Source of the DNA: a virus
IMG/VR virus record: IMGVR_UViG_3300044653_000098
Location: 77,725-141,724 of that record
Reading direction: 5' to 3' (one strand)
Length of the DNA: 64,000 nucleotides
Shown here: positions 39,237-46,077 of the stretch, in pieces
How positions within the stretch are numbered: position 1 is the first letter of the stretch
Layout of the letters: the number at the start of each line of letters is the position of its first letter
The notes under the pieces: generated by a model
What the model was told of the DNA's origin: nothing
Database searches by the model: none
The model's input: the letters and a program-made list of their open reading frames with translations, nothing else
Position numbers and translations under genes: made by a program

Positions 39237-39859
39237 TGGCTGACATCTCCGTCCTGCTGCCGACACGCAACCGGCCAGAGCTGCTGTGCCGCAGCCTCAA
39301 CTCACTGTTTAACCTGGCAGATGAGCCGGACCAGATTGAGGTCTTGCTGGCGGAGGACCCGGATGCGATCTACGACCCCAAGTACGGCAACGTCCTCATC
39401 TGGGTGGCTCCGGAGCGCTACGGCAGCGCCCGGATGCACGAGTATTACAACGCCCTGGCCCGGCTGGCTCACGCTCCGCGCCTTATGATCTGGAATGATG
39501 ATGCGCTTATGTGCTCCTGGGGGTGGGACACTGCTGTGCGCAGTGCGCCCCCGGACGGCTGCCTGTGGCTGGACCACATGGGCACCGGTCCTGATCACTG
39601 CAACATGTTCCCGGTCTGGCCCAAAGCCTGGACTGACCTGCTGGGTCACATCGCTGACGGCTCTCCCCGCGTGGATACCTGGATCCAGGAAGTGGCCGAG
39701 ATCATGGGCCGGCAGGTGAAGGTGCCGGTCCAGCTCCGGCACATCAGCCCGGACGATCAAACGTGGCGAGAGGGGCGGGAGTATTTCCTGCCCGAGTTCC
39801 ATGCGCTGCGGCATCTGCGCGAGCGTGACGCCGAAATCCTGCTGGCTAGCGGATTCTAG
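39236..39859 (+). CDS. glycosyltransferase (GT2-like)
   Basis: ISVLLPTRNRP, WNDD, GWD. Confidence 0.7.
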   Translation: MADISVLLPTRNRPELLCRSLNSLFNLADEPDQIEVLLAEDPDAIYDPKYGNVLIWVAPERYGSARMHEYYNALARLAHAPRLMIWNDDALMCSWGWDTAVRSAPPDGCLWLDHMGTGPDHCNMFPVWPKAWTDLLGHIADGSPRVDTWIQEVAEIMGRQVKVPVQLRHISPDDQTWREGREYFLPEFHALRHLRERDAEILLASGF

Positions 39860-39867
39860 GAGCTGAG

Positions 39868-40650
39868 ATGGCCCGGCGCTGGCATCCCATGATGTTCTAT
39901 AACGAGCTGGACTGGCTGGAATGCCAGCTCTGGGAGACCTACGAGGTGATGTACCGCTACATCATTGTCGAGGCCACCCTGGATCACCAGGGCCATCCCA
40001 AGCCGCTGTACTACGACGACAGCAAATCGCGCTTCGATCAGTGGCGAGACAAGATAATTCACGTCATTGTGCGCGACCTGCCGACGGCGCAGACGACGGC
40101 CAACCACTGGGAGAGGGAACGGCCGCAGCGCGACGCGGCTATGCCCGTCCTCTTCGAGCAGGGCAAGCCGGAAGACCTGATCTTCAACCTGGATGTGGAC
40201 GAGATCCCGAGCCAGACCGCTCTGGCTGCCGAGACCCCGGAGATCAAGGGCCTGCAGCTGAGCAACCACCTGTTCGCGGTCGACTGGTACTCCGAGATGA
40301 ACGTCATGGGATCGCTCGTGCCGGTGAACTGCCTGGAGCGGTCCATGCAGCCCTCCGAGTTGCCAGGCGCGGTCCGCGGCGGTCTGTCCTGGATCCGGGA
40401 GCACCGCTACGGCTACCCGGTCATCCACAACGCCGGCTGGCACTTCAGCTGGGTCGGCGGGGTGGACGAGTACATCTCCAAGGACCAGCGCACCCCGCAC
40501 ACCGAGCACCACGATGAGCGAATGCGCCCCGGCGGACCGGAATACTCCTACTATGAGGGAGCCGGGCAGACGCCTGTCGATGTTGGCCCGGACTGGCCGC
40601 GGTACATCCGGGAGCGCCGTTGCCCTGCCAGCTGGTTCCGGCCCCGGTAG
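39868..40650 (+). CDS. glycosyltransferase (GT17/MGAT3-like)
   Basis: FYNELDWLE, IVEA..HQGHPKPLY, LDVDEIP, GWHFSW. Confidence 0.75.
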   Translation: MARRWHPMMFYNELDWLECQLWETYEVMYRYIIVEATLDHQGHPKPLYYDDSKSRFDQWRDKIIHVIVRDLPTAQTTANHWERERPQRDAAMPVLFEQGKPEDLIFNLDVDEIPSQTALAAETPEIKGLQLSNHLFAVDWYSEMNVMGSLVPVNCLERSMQPSELPGAVRGGLSWIREHRYGYPVIHNAGWHFSWVGGVDEYISKDQRTPHTEHHDERMRPGGPEYSYYEGAGQTPVDVGPDWPRYIRERRCPASWFRPR

Positions 40651-40658
40651 GAGTCCTC

Positions 40659-41324
40659 TTGCTGATCGCGATGCCGGTAGACAGCCACTCCCCCGGTGAT
40701 CTCGCTCACTCCCTAGATAGCTGGAGCCGGGTGCGGCCGCCGGGCGGCGAGCCTCTGGAGTTCATCTTCGCGGTCGAGCCTGACCCCGACATCGTCCCGG
40801 AGGTCATCAACCGCTACGCCGGGACGTTCAGCTGGAAGGTGGACATCTTCCAGAACGAGAACCGGCTGGGCCCGGACCTCAACCCCGCCCACGTGCTGGA
40901 GCTGGCGTTCCGGCGCTCGCCTCAGGTGGTGTTCGCTGACGCCAGCGCGATCGTGTCCACCGACGTTGCCGAGTACCTGAGCTGGGCCCTGGAGTGGTTC
41001 GAGCACGATGCTCAGTGCCTGGCGGTCTGCACCTTCGAGGAGCACGGCACCTCGCTCAACCCGTCTCTCGCGCGCACCGACTTCGCGTTCACCCCGGCCT
41101 GCTTCGGGATGTGGGGAAACCGGTGGGACCGGATGCGGCACTGGGATTTCAAGGCCACGGATGACTTCCGGTGGACCGACTACGTCCAGCAGCGCCACCT
41201 CATGCCCACCGGCCGGTATGTGATCAAGCCCTGGCAGTCCCGCTCGCAGCCGATCCGCGGACCGCGGTCCGCCAGCTTCGAGCAGGAGGTCGAGCCTCAG
41301 CCGACCTACAGCCTGACGGCCTGA
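40659..41324 (+). CDS. glycosyltransferase-like protein, divergent paralog of 38412..39236 (start uncertain)
   Basis: FIFAVEP, CLAVC, FGMWGNRWD, SRSQ. Confidence 0.55.
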   Translation: MLIAMPVDSHSPGDLAHSLDSWSRVRPPGGEPLEFIFAVEPDPDIVPEVINRYAGTFSWKVDIFQNENRLGPDLNPAHVLELAFRRSPQVVFADASAIVSTDVAEYLSWALEWFEHDAQCLAVCTFEEHGTSLNPSLARTDFAFTPACFGMWGNRWDRMRHWDFKATDDFRWTDYVQQRHLMPTGRYVIKPWQSRSQPIRGPRSASFEQEVEPQPTYSLTA

Positions 41325-41349
41325 TGAAGCCCTGCACCGTAACAGGTGC

Positions 41350-41586
41350 ATGCCAAGAGGATGGGATCCCGCGTACGACCCGTTCGGCGGGTACCGGGCA
41401 ACCCGGTCGTTCCTGGGTGTCCGGATCAGCGACAAGACTTTCTCAGACGACTCGATCGACAAGATCCTGAAGGACGGCAAGGACCCGAAGAAGGTGCTCG
41501 GCAAAAAGATGAAAGAGCTGAGCATCAAGGACAAGCAGAAGCTGATCAGGCGTATCGAGGCCCGTGAGAAAAAGAGAAACCAGTGA
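41350..41586 (+). CDS. small Lys-rich protein
   Basis: GTAACAG-N4-ATG; 78 aa. Confidence 0.6.
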   Translation: MPRGWDPAYDPFGGYRATRSFLGVRISDKTFSDDSIDKILKDGKDPKKVLGKKMKELSIKDKQKLIRRIEAREKKRNQ

Positions 41587-41593
41587 GGAAGAG

Positions 41594-41662
41594 ATGATCT
41601 TACGCAGGGGGAGACCCAGCCCCCGTAGCCCAAAACACCAAGAGGCAGAGGCGCCGCTTTAA
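41594..41662 (+). CDS. putative regulatory mini-ORF (ATG ATC TTA...) overlapping tRNA-Leu(UAA)
   Basis: GAGGAAG SD-like sequence, 22 codons; TTA at codon 3; its TAA stop is the tRNA anticodon. Confidence 0.35.
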   Translation: MILRRGRPSPRSPKHQEAEAPL

Positions 41663-41702
41663 AACCGGTCGAGTGTGGGTTCGAGCCCCACCGGGGGCAC
41701 CA
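41619..41702 (+). tRNA. tRNA-Leu(UAA), bldA-type anticodon, atypical
   Basis: Acceptor GCCCCCG/CGGGGGC, loop TT-TAA-AA, GTGGG-TTCGAGC-CCCAC, encoded CCA; enlarged D-loop and C.C mismatch closing the anticodon stem. Confidence 0.75.
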
Positions 41703-41735
41703 GATGGAAGTTCTGCAAGATGGTCCGGAAAAAGA

Positions 41736-41765
41736 GTTGACACGGGTCTACCGGCATCGTAAGGT
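41736..41765 (+). promoter_or_regulatory. host sigma70-type promoter with operator (copy 2), drives leader and tRNA array
   Basis: TTGACA-17bp-TAAGGT; GTTGACACGGGTCTAC. Confidence 0.75.
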
Positions 41766-41771
41766 GGGTAC

Positions 41772-41870
41772 ATGATGCAACGCAGGTACTCAGAGCAGCG
41801 GAATCAGGATGGGCATTTTGCCATCCCGTGCCCCGCCATGCTGGGGACCAGCGAGGTGGCTTCTGGGTAG
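41772..41870 (+). CDS. putative leader peptide (32 aa) of the tRNA array
   Basis: ATG 6 nt after -10; MMQRRYSEQRNQDGHFAIPCPAMLGTSEVASG*. Confidence 0.5.
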   Translation: MMQRRYSEQRNQDGHFAIPCPAMLGTSEVASG

Positions 41871-41887
41871 AGGAAGATCAAGCTCGG

Positions 41888-41930
41888 AAGCCGCCCGCAG
41901 GGACAGAAGCCCTCGCGGGCGGTTTGCGTT
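41888..41930 (+). terminator. intrinsic terminator/attenuator hairpin
   Basis: AAGCCGCCCGC-AGGG...CCCT-C-GCGGGCGGTTT followed by GCGTT. Confidence 0.65.
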
Positions 41931-41942
41931 ACAGCTGAACAT

Positions 41943-42013
41943 GGGGAGCAGGCGACGGCTGCCGGCGGGATTCCAAACCCCGCGACGAGTGGGTTCGACT
42001 CCTACGCACCCTG
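41943..42013 (+). tRNA. tRNA-Trp(CCA)
   Basis: Loop TTCCAAA; T-arm GGTTCGACTCC. Confidence 0.6.
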
Positions 42014-42172
42014 CGGAGCACCACCCTGAAGGCTGGGGTGAACGTGCCAGCAGATTGATAACTCAACAGCGTGAGCATCGCCCAGGGCGCCATCCCTGGG
42101 CACAAGCTCCCCCGTCCGCGCCTGCGCTCAGGTCTTCCTGGGTCACCATCGGGCACGGCCGGGGGAGATCAT

Positions 42173-42244
42173 GGGGATGAGAAGCTGAGGTAGCGACCGC
42201 GCCCTGCAAGCGTTGGTGACTCGGTTCGATTCCGAGCATCTCCA
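42173..42244 (+). tRNA. tRNA-Ala(UGC), C33
   Basis: G3.U70 acceptor pair; loop CCTGCAA. Confidence 0.65.
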
Positions 42245-42323
42245 CGAGACCGCCGCTTGGGGAACAGCTGGGATGGCCTGGTACCGGGCGTTACCCCCAG
42301 ACCTGAAACGGAGCGGCGGCAGA

Positions 42324-42398
42324 CTGGGTATAGCTCAGGTTGGTCAGAGCGCGCGGTCCGGGGCCGCGAGGCCGCTGGTTCAAATCCAGCTACTCAGA
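42324..42398 (+). tRNA. tRNA-Pro(CGG), C33
   Basis: CGCGG-TCCGGGG-CCGCG. Confidence 0.8.
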
Positions 42399-42400
42399 CC

Positions 42401-42530
42401 GGGGGGAGATGCGGGTTCGAGTCCCGCCCTGTCCGTGAAAACTCTCCGCGGTGGCCGATCTGCAGGCGGCTGGCCGGCCAGGGCCCTGGTCAGGAGAGGG
42501 ACAGGTAGTCCAATTGGCAGGACGCCCCCT
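42401..42530 (+). ncRNA. circularly permuted tRNA-like RNA (YrlA-like)
   Basis: 3' half (GGGGG, T-arm, CCTGTCC) precedes 5' half (GGACAGG, D-arm GTCC/GGAC, CCCCC). Confidence 0.65.
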
Positions 42531-42658
42531 ACATTTTCTGGTGCGGCTTACCACGATCCGGCTGGGGTTCGGGAGAAGAACGTCCGGGAGGTCGAGCGCA
42601 ATACGCGGGCGCAGTTCCGCGCAAACGGCGGCCGGATGCTGTGGGAGCACCAGAACAA

Positions 42659-42733
42659 CGGGATGTCGCGTAAGGGTTAGCGCGCCTGGTTTGGGACCAG
42701 GCAGTCAAGGTTCGAGTCCTTGTATCCCGACCA
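42659..42733 (+). tRNA. tRNA-Pro(UGG)
   Basis: CCTGG-TTTGGGA-CCAGG; CCA. Confidence 0.85.
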
Positions 42734-42800
42734 GCGGCCAGGATGTTCACCGTGTCCTGGTGCAGCGGAGGCTCGTTAGGGAGCACCCAACGGTGACGGC

Positions 42801-42873
42801 GGGTCTGTAGCTCAGACGGGAGAGCGGTCCCCTGAAAAGGGACAGGTGGAGGATTCGATCGCCTCCGGGCCCA
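42801..42873 (+). tRNA. tRNA-Phe(GAA)
   Basis: GTCCC-CTGAAAA-GGGAC. Confidence 0.8.
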
Positions 42874-42891
42874 CGCTGTAGCAGGTAGCCC

Positions 42892-42963
42892 GCCGCACTA
42901 ACACAATGGCTAGTGTGTCTGTCTTCCAAGCAGAGAATGCGAGTTCGATTCTCGCGTGCGGCT
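42892..42963 (+). tRNA. tRNA-Gly(UCC)
   Basis: TCTGT-CTTCCAA-GCAGA. Confidence 0.85.
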
Positions 42964-43068
42964 CGGTGACGAGCAGAGCTGAAACCTCTGTGATCGCGCA
43001 AGTGGCTGGCAGGCCACGGCCGGGCAGGCTCTGGGGGACTGCCATCTCGCAGGGGTGCCCGGTTCTGA

Positions 43069-43141
43069 GTGCCGCTAGCACAACGGTTACTGCACCTGAC
43101 TCTTAATCAGGGGGTTCTCGGTTCGAGTCCGAGGCGGCGCA
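43069..43141 (+). tRNA. tRNA-Lys(CUU)
   Basis: CCTGA-CTCTTAA-TCAGG. Confidence 0.85.
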
Positions 43142-43142
43142 C

Positions 43143-43218
43143 GGGCGAGTACGTCCAACTGGCAGAGCGGCCGGCCTCAAAATCCGCGCGGTTGCGGGTT
43201 CGACTCCCGCCTCGCCTA
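43143..43218 (+). tRNA. tRNA-Leu(CAA)
   Basis: Loop CTCAAAA; short variable arm. Confidence 0.7.
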
Positions 43219-43223
43219 CACGA

Positions 43224-43297
43224 TGGAGCATGGTGGTAATTCGGTATCCCACTGGGCCCTGAACCCAGGGATCCAGGTTCGAGTCCTGGTGCTCCAG
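43224..43297 (+). tRNA. tRNA-Gln(CUG), C33
   Basis: CTGGG-CCCTGAA-CCCAG. Confidence 0.8.
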
Positions 43298-43396
43298 CTA
43301 GTCCTGGCCCGGCTTTCCCTGAATTGACAGGCGACCCCGAAGCGTGACGGCGCATAAGGGGACGGGCACGACGGTGCGGTCCGGCCGGGACTTCAT

Positions 43397-43471
43397 GCCT
43401 CCGTAGCTCAATGGTGGAGCAGTGCCCCCGTAAGGCACAGGCCGCAGGGTCAGTACCTGCCGGAGGCTCCA
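43397..43471 (+). tRNA. tRNA-Thr(CGU), C33
   Basis: GTGCC-CCCGTAA-GGCAC; CCA; variant T-loop. Confidence 0.75.
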
Positions 43472-43472
43472 T

Positions 43473-43561
43473 GCGCTCGTGGCGGAATAGGTATACGCGC
43501 TAGCCCGAGATGCTAGTGCTCCGCGAGGGGCGTGCGGGTTCGACTCCCGCCGAGCGCACCA
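43473..43561 (+). tRNA. tRNA-Leu(GAG), C33
   Basis: CTAGC-CCGAGAT-GCTAG; long variable arm; CCA. Confidence 0.85.
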
Positions 43562-43562
43562 C

Positions 43563-43631
43563 GCCGCCGCGCACGGCTTGCGGCCCGGCTCCTGTAAAGC
43601 TGGAGGTCCGGATCGGCACCGGACGGCGGCT
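43563..43631 (+). tRNA. tRNA-Thr(UGU), C33, degenerate D/T loops
   Basis: CGGCT-CCTGTAA-AGCTG; acceptor GCCGCCG/CGGCGGC. Confidence 0.55.
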
Positions 43632-43635
43632 CTGC

Positions 43636-43709
43636 TCCGGGATCGGGTTGCCGGCATCCCGACGCGGCTTTGGACCGCGGTCACGCTGGTTCGAGTCCAG
43701 CTCCCGGAA
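43636..43709 (+). tRNA. tRNA-Gln(UUG)
   Basis: CGCGG-CTTTGGA-CCGCG. Confidence 0.8.
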
Positions 43710-43713
43710 CGAT

Positions 43714-43785
43714 GCCTGCCTAGTGATAACGGCAGCACGCGTCCTTGGTAAGGACGTAGACGGAGTTCAATTCTCCGGGCAGGCT
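43714..43785 (+). tRNA. tRNA-Thr(GGU)
   Basis: CGTCC-TTGGTAA-GGACG. Confidence 0.85.
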
Positions 43786-43789
43786 CTGT

Positions 43790-43862
43790 GTGGACGTGGC
43801 GAAGCTGGTATCGCATCTGCTTGCCAAGCAGAAGATCGCGGGTTCGATCCCCGTCGTCCACT
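43790..43862 (+). tRNA. tRNA-Gly(GCC)
   Basis: TCTGC-TTGCCAA-GCAGA. Confidence 0.85.
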
Positions 43863-43959
43863 CTCCGGCTGCGGTGTTCACCGTGCCAATGCGAAGGGCC
43901 CGACAGGTTCGGTAACCCGGATGGATAAGTCTGCTAGGCCAGCAGGCAAACGGTTGAAT

Positions 43960-44043
43960 GTCCCGGTGGCGTAATTGGTAGCCGCGCACGGCTCAGACCC
44001 GTGTGCCTTAACGGGCGTGAGGGTTCGACCCCCTCCTGGGACA
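43960..44043 (+). tRNA. tRNA-Leu(CAG)
   Basis: CACGG-CTCAGAC-CCGTG; long variable arm. Confidence 0.85.
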
Positions 44044-44153
44044 CGATCGGAACTCCCTCCCGCCGCGGTTCGCGAACGCGGTGATCAGGAGAGCTAAGGG
44101 TCTGGCCCCGCGCCCGGCCGGAGGAGTTCACAGTCAATGCGCATGGCAAGCGG

Positions 44154-44237
44154 GGCGTGACATGGTCTGCGACCAGCTGGAGGTTGGAGGCGGCCTGCAA
44201 AGCCGTCAGCAGCGGGGTTCGATTCCCCGGCGGGCCT
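44154..44237 (+). tRNA. tRNA-Cys(GCA), 5' half irregular
   Basis: GCGGC-CTGCAAA-GCCGT and a clear T-arm; acceptor and D-arm hard to resolve. Confidence 0.45.
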
Positions 44238-44440
44238 CTAACAGGCTCCGTCTGCGTGGATTTCGCAGTTCGGGCCGTTCCCCGGCGGGATGGCATTGGC
44301 GGAGGCTGCGGCCGCGCTCAGGAGGGTGCCGAGTGCAATACCCGCGGCGAGAAGGGCTGCTAGAAGTCGGTAGCGCATGGTCTTCACCTTTCTGCTGGTA
44401 GCTGTCACGGTACGCCTAAGTGATTGTTCTGCACAGGCAT

Positions 44441-44525
44441 GGAGCGGTGGCCGAGCGGCCTATGGCGGTGTCCTGCTAAGGCACTCACCGGAAACGGTGC
44501 GCGGGTTCAAATCCCGCTCGCTCCT
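44441..44525 (+). tRNA. tRNA-Ser(GCU)
   Basis: GTGTC-CTGCTAA-GGCAC; long variable arm. Confidence 0.85.
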
Positions 44526-44528
44526 CTT

Positions 44529-44613
44529 GGAAGGTAGCGCCGAGGATGGCGAACTGGTCCCGAAAACCAGGCCGGGGTGAGTAGCCCCGAGGGTTCGATT
44601 CCTTTACCTTCCT
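44529..44613 (+). tRNA. tRNA-Ser(CGA), C33
   Basis: CTGGT-CCCGAAA-ACCAG. Confidence 0.8.
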
Positions 44614-44617
44614 CTGA

Positions 44618-44691
44618 CCGCCCCGGCTCAGCCGGTGAAGAGGCCCGTCTGATAAGCGGGTAGTCGCATGGTTCAACTCCATGGGGGCGGA
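44618..44691 (+). tRNA. tRNA-Ile(GAU)
   Basis: CCCGT-CTGATAA-GCGGG. Confidence 0.75.
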
Positions 44692-44692
44692 C

Positions 44693-44767
44693 TGGCCAGT
44701 AGCACAAAGGTAAGTGCACCCGTCTTATAAGCGGGCGATACGGAGTCAAGACCCGGCTGGCCTACCA
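44693..44767 (+). tRNA. tRNA-Ile(UAU)
   Basis: CCCGT-CTTATAA-GCGGG; CCA; variant T-loop. Confidence 0.65.
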
Positions 44768-44840
44768 GCTCCCCGCGCCCGACTGGACGGGCACCGGACT
44801 TTTAATCCGGACTGACTGGGTTCGATTCCTTGGGGGAGCA
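44768..44840 (+). tRNA. tRNA-Lys(UUU)
   Basis: CCGGA-CTTTTAA-TCCGG. Confidence 0.75.
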
Positions 44841-44845
44841 CGCAA

Positions 44846-44917
44846 GCGTCGCTGGTGTAAAGGAAGCGCGCTCGCCTTCTAAGCGAGATGGTCTCAGTTC
44901 GATTCTGGGGCGACGCA
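44846..44917 (+). tRNA. tRNA-Arg(UCU)
   Basis: CTCGC-CTTCTAA-GCGAG. Confidence 0.8.
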
Positions 44918-44918
44918 C

Positions 44919-44989
44919 GGCTCGTTAGGTTAACGGCAGACCGCCTGGTTCTCAGCCAGGGAGCAGGGGTTCAATTCCCCTACGAGCTA
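44919..44989 (+). tRNA. tRNA-Glu(CUC)
   Basis: CCTGG-TTCTCAG-CCAGG. Confidence 0.85.
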
Positions 44990-44993
44990 CTTT

Positions 44994-45071
44994 GCCGCTG
45001 TTACTCTGATGGTAAGGGGTAGCCGGGTTTTCACCCCGGACACGACGCGGGTTCGAGTCCCGTCAGCGGCT
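44994..45071 (+). tRNA. tRNA-Glu(UUC)
   Basis: CCGGG-TTTTCAC-CCCGG. Confidence 0.8.
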
Positions 45072-45072
45072 C

Positions 45073-45146
45073 TGCGGACAGCAGCACCGGTCGTGCTGAA
45101 CGGTCTCATAAGCCGAGATAGCTGGGTTCGACTCCCAGGTCCGCAA
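45073..45146 (+). tRNA. tRNA-Met(CAU)
   Basis: CGGT-CTCATAA-GCCG. Confidence 0.7.
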
Positions 45147-45159
45147 CTGTTCAATCTGA

Positions 45160-45233
45160 TCCGGCGTAGCTCAGTCTGGTAGAGCAGCCGCCCGTTAAGC
45201 GGAAGCGCGCAGGTTCGAGCCCTGCCGCCGGAG
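45160..45233 (+). tRNA. tRNA-Asn(GUU), C33
   Basis: CCGC-CCGTTAA-GCGG. Confidence 0.85.
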
Positions 45234-45245
45234 CGCAGTAATCAT

Positions 45246-45318
45246 GGTTCTGTAGCTCAGTGGTCAGAGCGTCCGCCTGTCGAGCGGAGGGCCGCGGGTT
45301 CGACTCCCGTCAGGACCG
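45246..45318 (+). tRNA. tRNA-Asp(GUC)
   Basis: TCCGC-CTGTCGA-GCGGA. Confidence 0.85.
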
Positions 45319-45329
45319 CGCATGATAAA

Positions 45330-45404
45330 GGGTGCTTAGCTCAGCGGAAGAGCAGCAGCACGACACGCTGAAGGCCGCAGGTTCGATCCCTGCAGCGCCC
45401 ACCA
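45330..45404 (+). tRNA. tRNA-Val(GAC), C33
   Basis: CAGC-ACGACAC-GCTG; CCA. Confidence 0.8.
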
Positions 45405-45492
45405 TGCGCGTTACGCCGGAGAACGGCCGCCCAATACGCGCAGCAGGGGACTGTCGTACAGGCGGAGGAAGTCGGCTTGGCGGTCCCAACTA

Positions 45493-45564
45493 GCGTCCAT
45501 CGTTCAACGGATAGGACGGCAGGCTACGGACCTGCTGATGGGAGTTCGAGTCTTCCTGGACGCA
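45493..45564 (+). tRNA. tRNA-Arg(ACG)
   Basis: GCAGG-CTACGGA-CCTGC. Confidence 0.85.
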
Positions 45565-45565
45565 C

Positions 45566-45637
45566 GGGCCGTTAGCTCAGCGGCAGAGCGGCGCCCCCAC
45601 ACGGCGCGCAGCGGAGGTTCGAGTCCTCCATGGCCCA
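45566..45637 (+). tRNA. tRNA-Val(CAC), C33
   Basis: GCGCC-CCCACAC-GGCGC. Confidence 0.8.
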
Positions 45638-45639
45638 CT

Positions 45640-45710
45640 GAGGGCGAACCGCATGGCGCGGAGGCTGGTTGTGAGCCAGTCAGCAGCGGGTTCGAATCCC
45701 GTCGTCCTCC
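45640..45710 (+). tRNA. tRNA-His(GUG)
   Basis: GCTGG-TTGTGAG-CCAGT. Confidence 0.75.
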
Positions 45711-45796
45711 CTTTCCCCCGGTCGTAGGGCCGCACCCGGCAGGGTGATCCGGAGAGCCTGTGTCCATCAGGGCGGGGATCAAAAACTCCGGGCTAT

Positions 45797-45877
45797 GGCG
45801 GAGTGACCCGAGATGGCATGGGAGCGGTCTGTAAAACCGTCGCTTCGGCACGGCTGGTTCGATTCCAGCGTCCGCCA
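45797..45877 (+). tRNA. tRNA-Tyr(GUA)
   Basis: GCGGT-CTGTAAA-ACCGT; long variable arm. Confidence 0.8.
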
Positions 45878-45932
45878 CTCTCCGGGTGCAGGAGCCACAC
45901 GGCTTGGCCGCCGTGCCTGCCCCGGAGCGTAA

Positions 45933-46004
45933 GCGCCTATCGTTCAGTGGATAGGATCGCGGCCCCCGAAGCCGCAGACGCTGGTTCGAGTCCAGCTGGG
46001 CGCA
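45933..46004 (+). tRNA. tRNA-Arg(CCG), C33
   Basis: GCGGC-CCCCGAA-GCCGC. Confidence 0.85.
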
Positions 46005-46005
46005 C

Positions 46006-46077
46006 TGGCCTGAAGCTCAATGGACGAGCGGTCGCCCCCTAAGCGAACGGCTGCGGGTTCGAGTCCCGTCAGGCCGG
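46006..46077 (+). tRNA. tRNA-Arg(CCU), C33
   Basis: TCGC-CCCCTAA-GCGA. Confidence 0.75.

Noticed and set aside
42173-42244. Possible tmRNA (GGGGATGA start, G3.U70 acceptor)
   Set aside because: Only ~72 nt separate the ends, with an anticodon arm and no tag reading frame, so tRNA-Ala fits better
41943-46077. ORF-track proteins across the tRNA array; suppressor tRNA or alternative genetic code
   Set aside because: The ORFs overlap clear cloverleafs; no CUA, UUA or UCA anticodon was found, and all three stop codons end genes normally
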